DNA of 36,966 nt from an uncultured Methanosarcinales archaeon (GTDB taxonomy: Archaea; Nanobdellota; Nanobdellia; Woesearchaeales; UBA9642): NCBI GenBank assembly GCA_964591655.1, contig CAZQDS010000002.1:1-36966 (forward strand). Direction: 5' to 3'. A program made the position numbers and the translations under genes. The notes beneath the pieces were generated by a model, which did not search any database, was not told the origin of the DNA, and saw only the letters and a list, made by a program, of their open reading frames with translations. Positions 34,512 through 36,966 of the stretch are shown here, in pieces; positions within the stretch are counted from its first letter, which is position 1; every line of letters begins with the position of its first letter.

Positions 34512-36917
34512 ATGTTAGAGGAGAAGAATTGGTCCAAGGAATCTGAAAAGAAAATATATGAGGGATGGAAAGAATCGGGAAAGTACAGGTTCAACAGGTC
34601 TTCTGGGAAAAAAGTTTATTCTATAGATACGCCTCCACCATATGTCAACACCCCGGTCCATATAGGACAGGCAACCACATACGTATTCATGGACATGTTT
34701 GCACGTTATAAGAGGATGAAAGGTCACGAAGTCCTTTTTCCATTGGGACTCGACAGGAATGGGTTGCCGATTGAGATGGCTGCCGAGAAGGAATACAAAA
34801 TAAAGATCACTGAAACGCCGAGAGAAAAATTCATCGAATACTGCAATAAAGTTTTAGAGAAATCTAGCATGGCATCAGTCGAGTCATTCCTAAGATTAGG
34901 CATAGGTTTCAATTCTTGGGGAAAAGGCAATGATATAGGCGACATATACGAGACAGATAGCCCAGAATACCGTTCATTGACACAAGAGACATTCATAGAC
35001 TTGTGGAATAAAGGATTGATATATGAGGATGAGCGTGTGAACAATTGGTGTCCAGGATGTCAGACGACAATAGCAGATGCAGAGATAGACTATGCAGAGC
35101 TTCCAAGCTTCTTTAACGACATAAAATTCAAGGTCAAAGAGACTGGAGAGGAGATAATAATTGCCACAACGAGGCCTGAACTGATATGCACATGTGAAAT
35201 GATATGCTATAACCCAGAGGATGAAAGATATGCACATTTAGAGGGAAAGCATGCAATAACACCCGTATTCAACAAGGAAGTGCCTATAAAGCCTGATCCT
35301 GTAGCGCAGTTGGATAAAGGTACAGGATTGATGATGATGTGCAGTTTCGGAGATGTGACAGATATAAGGTTCTTCAGGGATAATGGATTGAAACCTACTA
35401 TCGCAATCAACAAGGACGGCACGATGAATGAAAATGCCGGGTTCCTTAAAGGATTGAAGACTAAGGAAGCTCAGAAGCAATTGATAATGGAGATAGAAAA
35501 GAAGGGATTGTTAGTCAAGCAGCAGAAGATAAAGCATCGGACCCCTATATGTGAGCGCTCAAAAGATCCTATAGAATTCATAGGTATGAAAGAATTCTAT
35601 CTCAAACAATTAGATTTTGTGAATGATATGCATGAGATCGCAAAGCAGCCGAACTTCTATTCAGAAGAATCACGGAAGATATTGGTCGATTGGATAAATT
35701 CTGTGAGCATAGACTGGCCTATATCACGAAGAAGATATTATGCGACAGAAATACCTTTATGGTATTGCAATGAATGCAATGCTCCGGTATTGCCTCCAAA
35801 AGGAGGATATTATCAGCCATGGAAAGAATCCCCTCCAATACAGAAGTGTCCAAAATGCGGGTTCGAAGGAGATGCAGATAAAAAGACTTTCAGGGGAGAG
35901 GAAAGGGTTTTCGACACATGGTTTGACAGCTCGATAAGTCCATTATACATATTAAAATATGGCAGGGATGAGGAATTTTTCAAGAGGAACAGCCAATGCA
36001 GCCTAAGACCGCAAGGGAAAGAGATAATCAGGACATGGCTATATTATACTCTGTTGAAAGATTACCTGCTCACCGGGAAATGTATATTTGAAGATGTATG
36101 GATAAACTATCATATCGTGGACAATGATGGGAAGAAGATGTCGAAATCAGCAGGCAATGGGATAGACCCTAAAGACATACTTGACAAGTATGGTGCTGAG
36201 CCGTTCAGGATGTGGGCATCGCTTGAGGGGAACCTTGAAAAACAGGATTTCAGATGCAGCCTTGAAAGGATAGAAGGCGCAGGGAAGACGATAAGCAAGC
36301 TATGGAATGTCTCAAAATTCATATTGATGTTCAAGAATGATAAGACGCGGAAACAGGTAGAATCATCATTGACGGAACTGGACAAATGGATACTTAATGA
36401 GCTCAATCTTTTAGTGATTGAGGCAAATGAATGCTATGAAAAATATGATTTCCATAATCCTTCAGTGAAGATAAGGCATTTCATATGGGAAACATTCTCA
36501 AGCCATTATGTTGAATTAGTCAAGAATAGGGCATATAACCAGAACAATGAATTCACGGAAGAACAACAGCAAGCGGCCATATATGTTCTGAACCATGTCC
36601 TAGAAACGATCTTAAAGCTATTATCTCCGATACTTCCATTAATGACCTATAGGATATATGATGAGTTGATCGGGAGAGATGTGCATTTCGAGGATTTCCC
36701 AGAGACAGAAAAAGAGTATTTAGTGGATATAACAAAAGAGGATGTTGTCGAACTCAATTCATTCATTTGGAAAACCAAAAAGGACTCGGGCAAGAGCCTG
36801 AAGGAAGAAGTATCTGAATTGACTGTCGACGATAAATTTAAGATGATACAGCATGACCTGATATCTGCGCACAACATAAAGAGATTATCTTTCGGAAAAA
36901 GAAGCATCTCTTTGTAA
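34512..36917 (+). CDS. valS: Valine--tRNA ligase (archaeal type) with a variant HIGH motif (HIGQ)
   Basis: TPPPYVNTPVHIGQA, GLDRNGLPIE, WCPGCQTTIADAEIDY, ATTRPELI, DWPISRRRYYATEIPLWYC, KMSKSAGNGIDP. Size is 801 aa. Confidence 0.92.
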   Translation: MLEEKNWSKESEKKIYEGWKESGKYRFNRSSGKKVYSIDTPPPYVNTPVHIGQATTYVFMDMFARYKRMKGHEVLFPLGLDRNGLPIEMAAEKEYKIKITETPREKFIEYCNKVLEKSSMASVESFLRLGIGFNSWGKGNDIGDIYETDSPEYRSLTQETFIDLWNKGLIYEDERVNNWCPGCQTTIADAEIDYAELPSFFNDIKFKVKETGEEIIIATTRPELICTCEMICYNPEDERYAHLEGKHAITPVFNKEVPIKPDPVAQLDKGTGLMMMCSFGDVTDIRFFRDNGLKPTIAINKDGTMNENAGFLKGLKTKEAQKQLIMEIEKKGLLVKQQKIKHRTPICERSKDPIEFIGMKEFYLKQLDFVNDMHEIAKQPNFYSEESRKILVDWINSVSIDWPISRRRYYATEIPLWYCNECNAPVLPPKGGYYQPWKESPPIQKCPKCGFEGDADKKTFRGEERVFDTWFDSSISPLYILKYGRDEEFFKRNSQCSLRPQGKEIIRTWLYYTLLKDYLLTGKCIFEDVWINYHIVDNDGKKMSKSAGNGIDPKDILDKYGAEPFRMWASLEGNLEKQDFRCSLERIEGAGKTISKLWNVSKFILMFKNDKTRKQVESSLTELDKWILNELNLLVIEANECYEKYDFHNPSVKIRHFIWETFSSHYVELVKNRAYNQNNEFTEEQQQAAIYVLNHVLETILKLLSPILPLMTYRIYDELIGRDVHFEDFPETEKEYLVDITKEDVVELNSFIWKTKKDSGKSLKEEVSELTVDDKFKMIQHDLISAHNIKRLSFGKRSISL

Positions 36918-36966
36918 TTCTCATATAAAATTCATATATAAAATTCATATATAAAATTCATATATA
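36916..36966. repeat. 13-nt AT-rich tandem repeat (aaaattcatatat, 3 full copies plus a degenerate copy) running to the window edge
   Basis: Copies at 36927-36939, 36940-36952 and 36953-36965. A degenerate copy lies at 36916-36926. The repeat starts at the valS stop codon. Confidence 0.8.

Overview
AT-rich, gene-dense archaeal window. It has TATA-box promoters, a TrmB regulator, archaeal-type HisRS and ValRS, and a tRNA with an insertion. The gene content and giant surface proteins fit a small-genome DPANN-like archaeon, but that placement is inference.

The left part (1 to about 21.2 kb) is an accessory cell-envelope region:
- Two paralogous cassettes (1-6472 and 10212-15009) each pair a small tandem-HTH protein gene with a giant sequon-rich surface-protein gene. 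In both, the HTH gene overlaps the giant gene's start by exactly 8 nt. Both cassettes are preceded by TGTAAG boxes phased at 21 bp.
- The giant ORF at 1-6042 is missing from the ORF track because it runs off the window edge.
- A divergent four-gene secreted/membrane cluster (15165-19506) ends in a membrane-tethered wHTH protein.
- A candidate S-layer gene follows at 19660-21231.

Between the two cassettes lie tRNA-His(GUG) with a ~54-nt D-loop insertion, a PRTase-like plus LOG/SLOG-like gene pair, and hisS.

The right part is housekeeping and redox. It holds an ArsR-led sufB-sufD-sufS-sufU-hydrolase-sufC-CYTH-EndoIV-like operon with serial ATGA overlaps, then SOD, Bcp, an FNR-like reductase, PepA, a bPH membrane protein and valS.

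I saw no CRISPR array, transposase or integrase.
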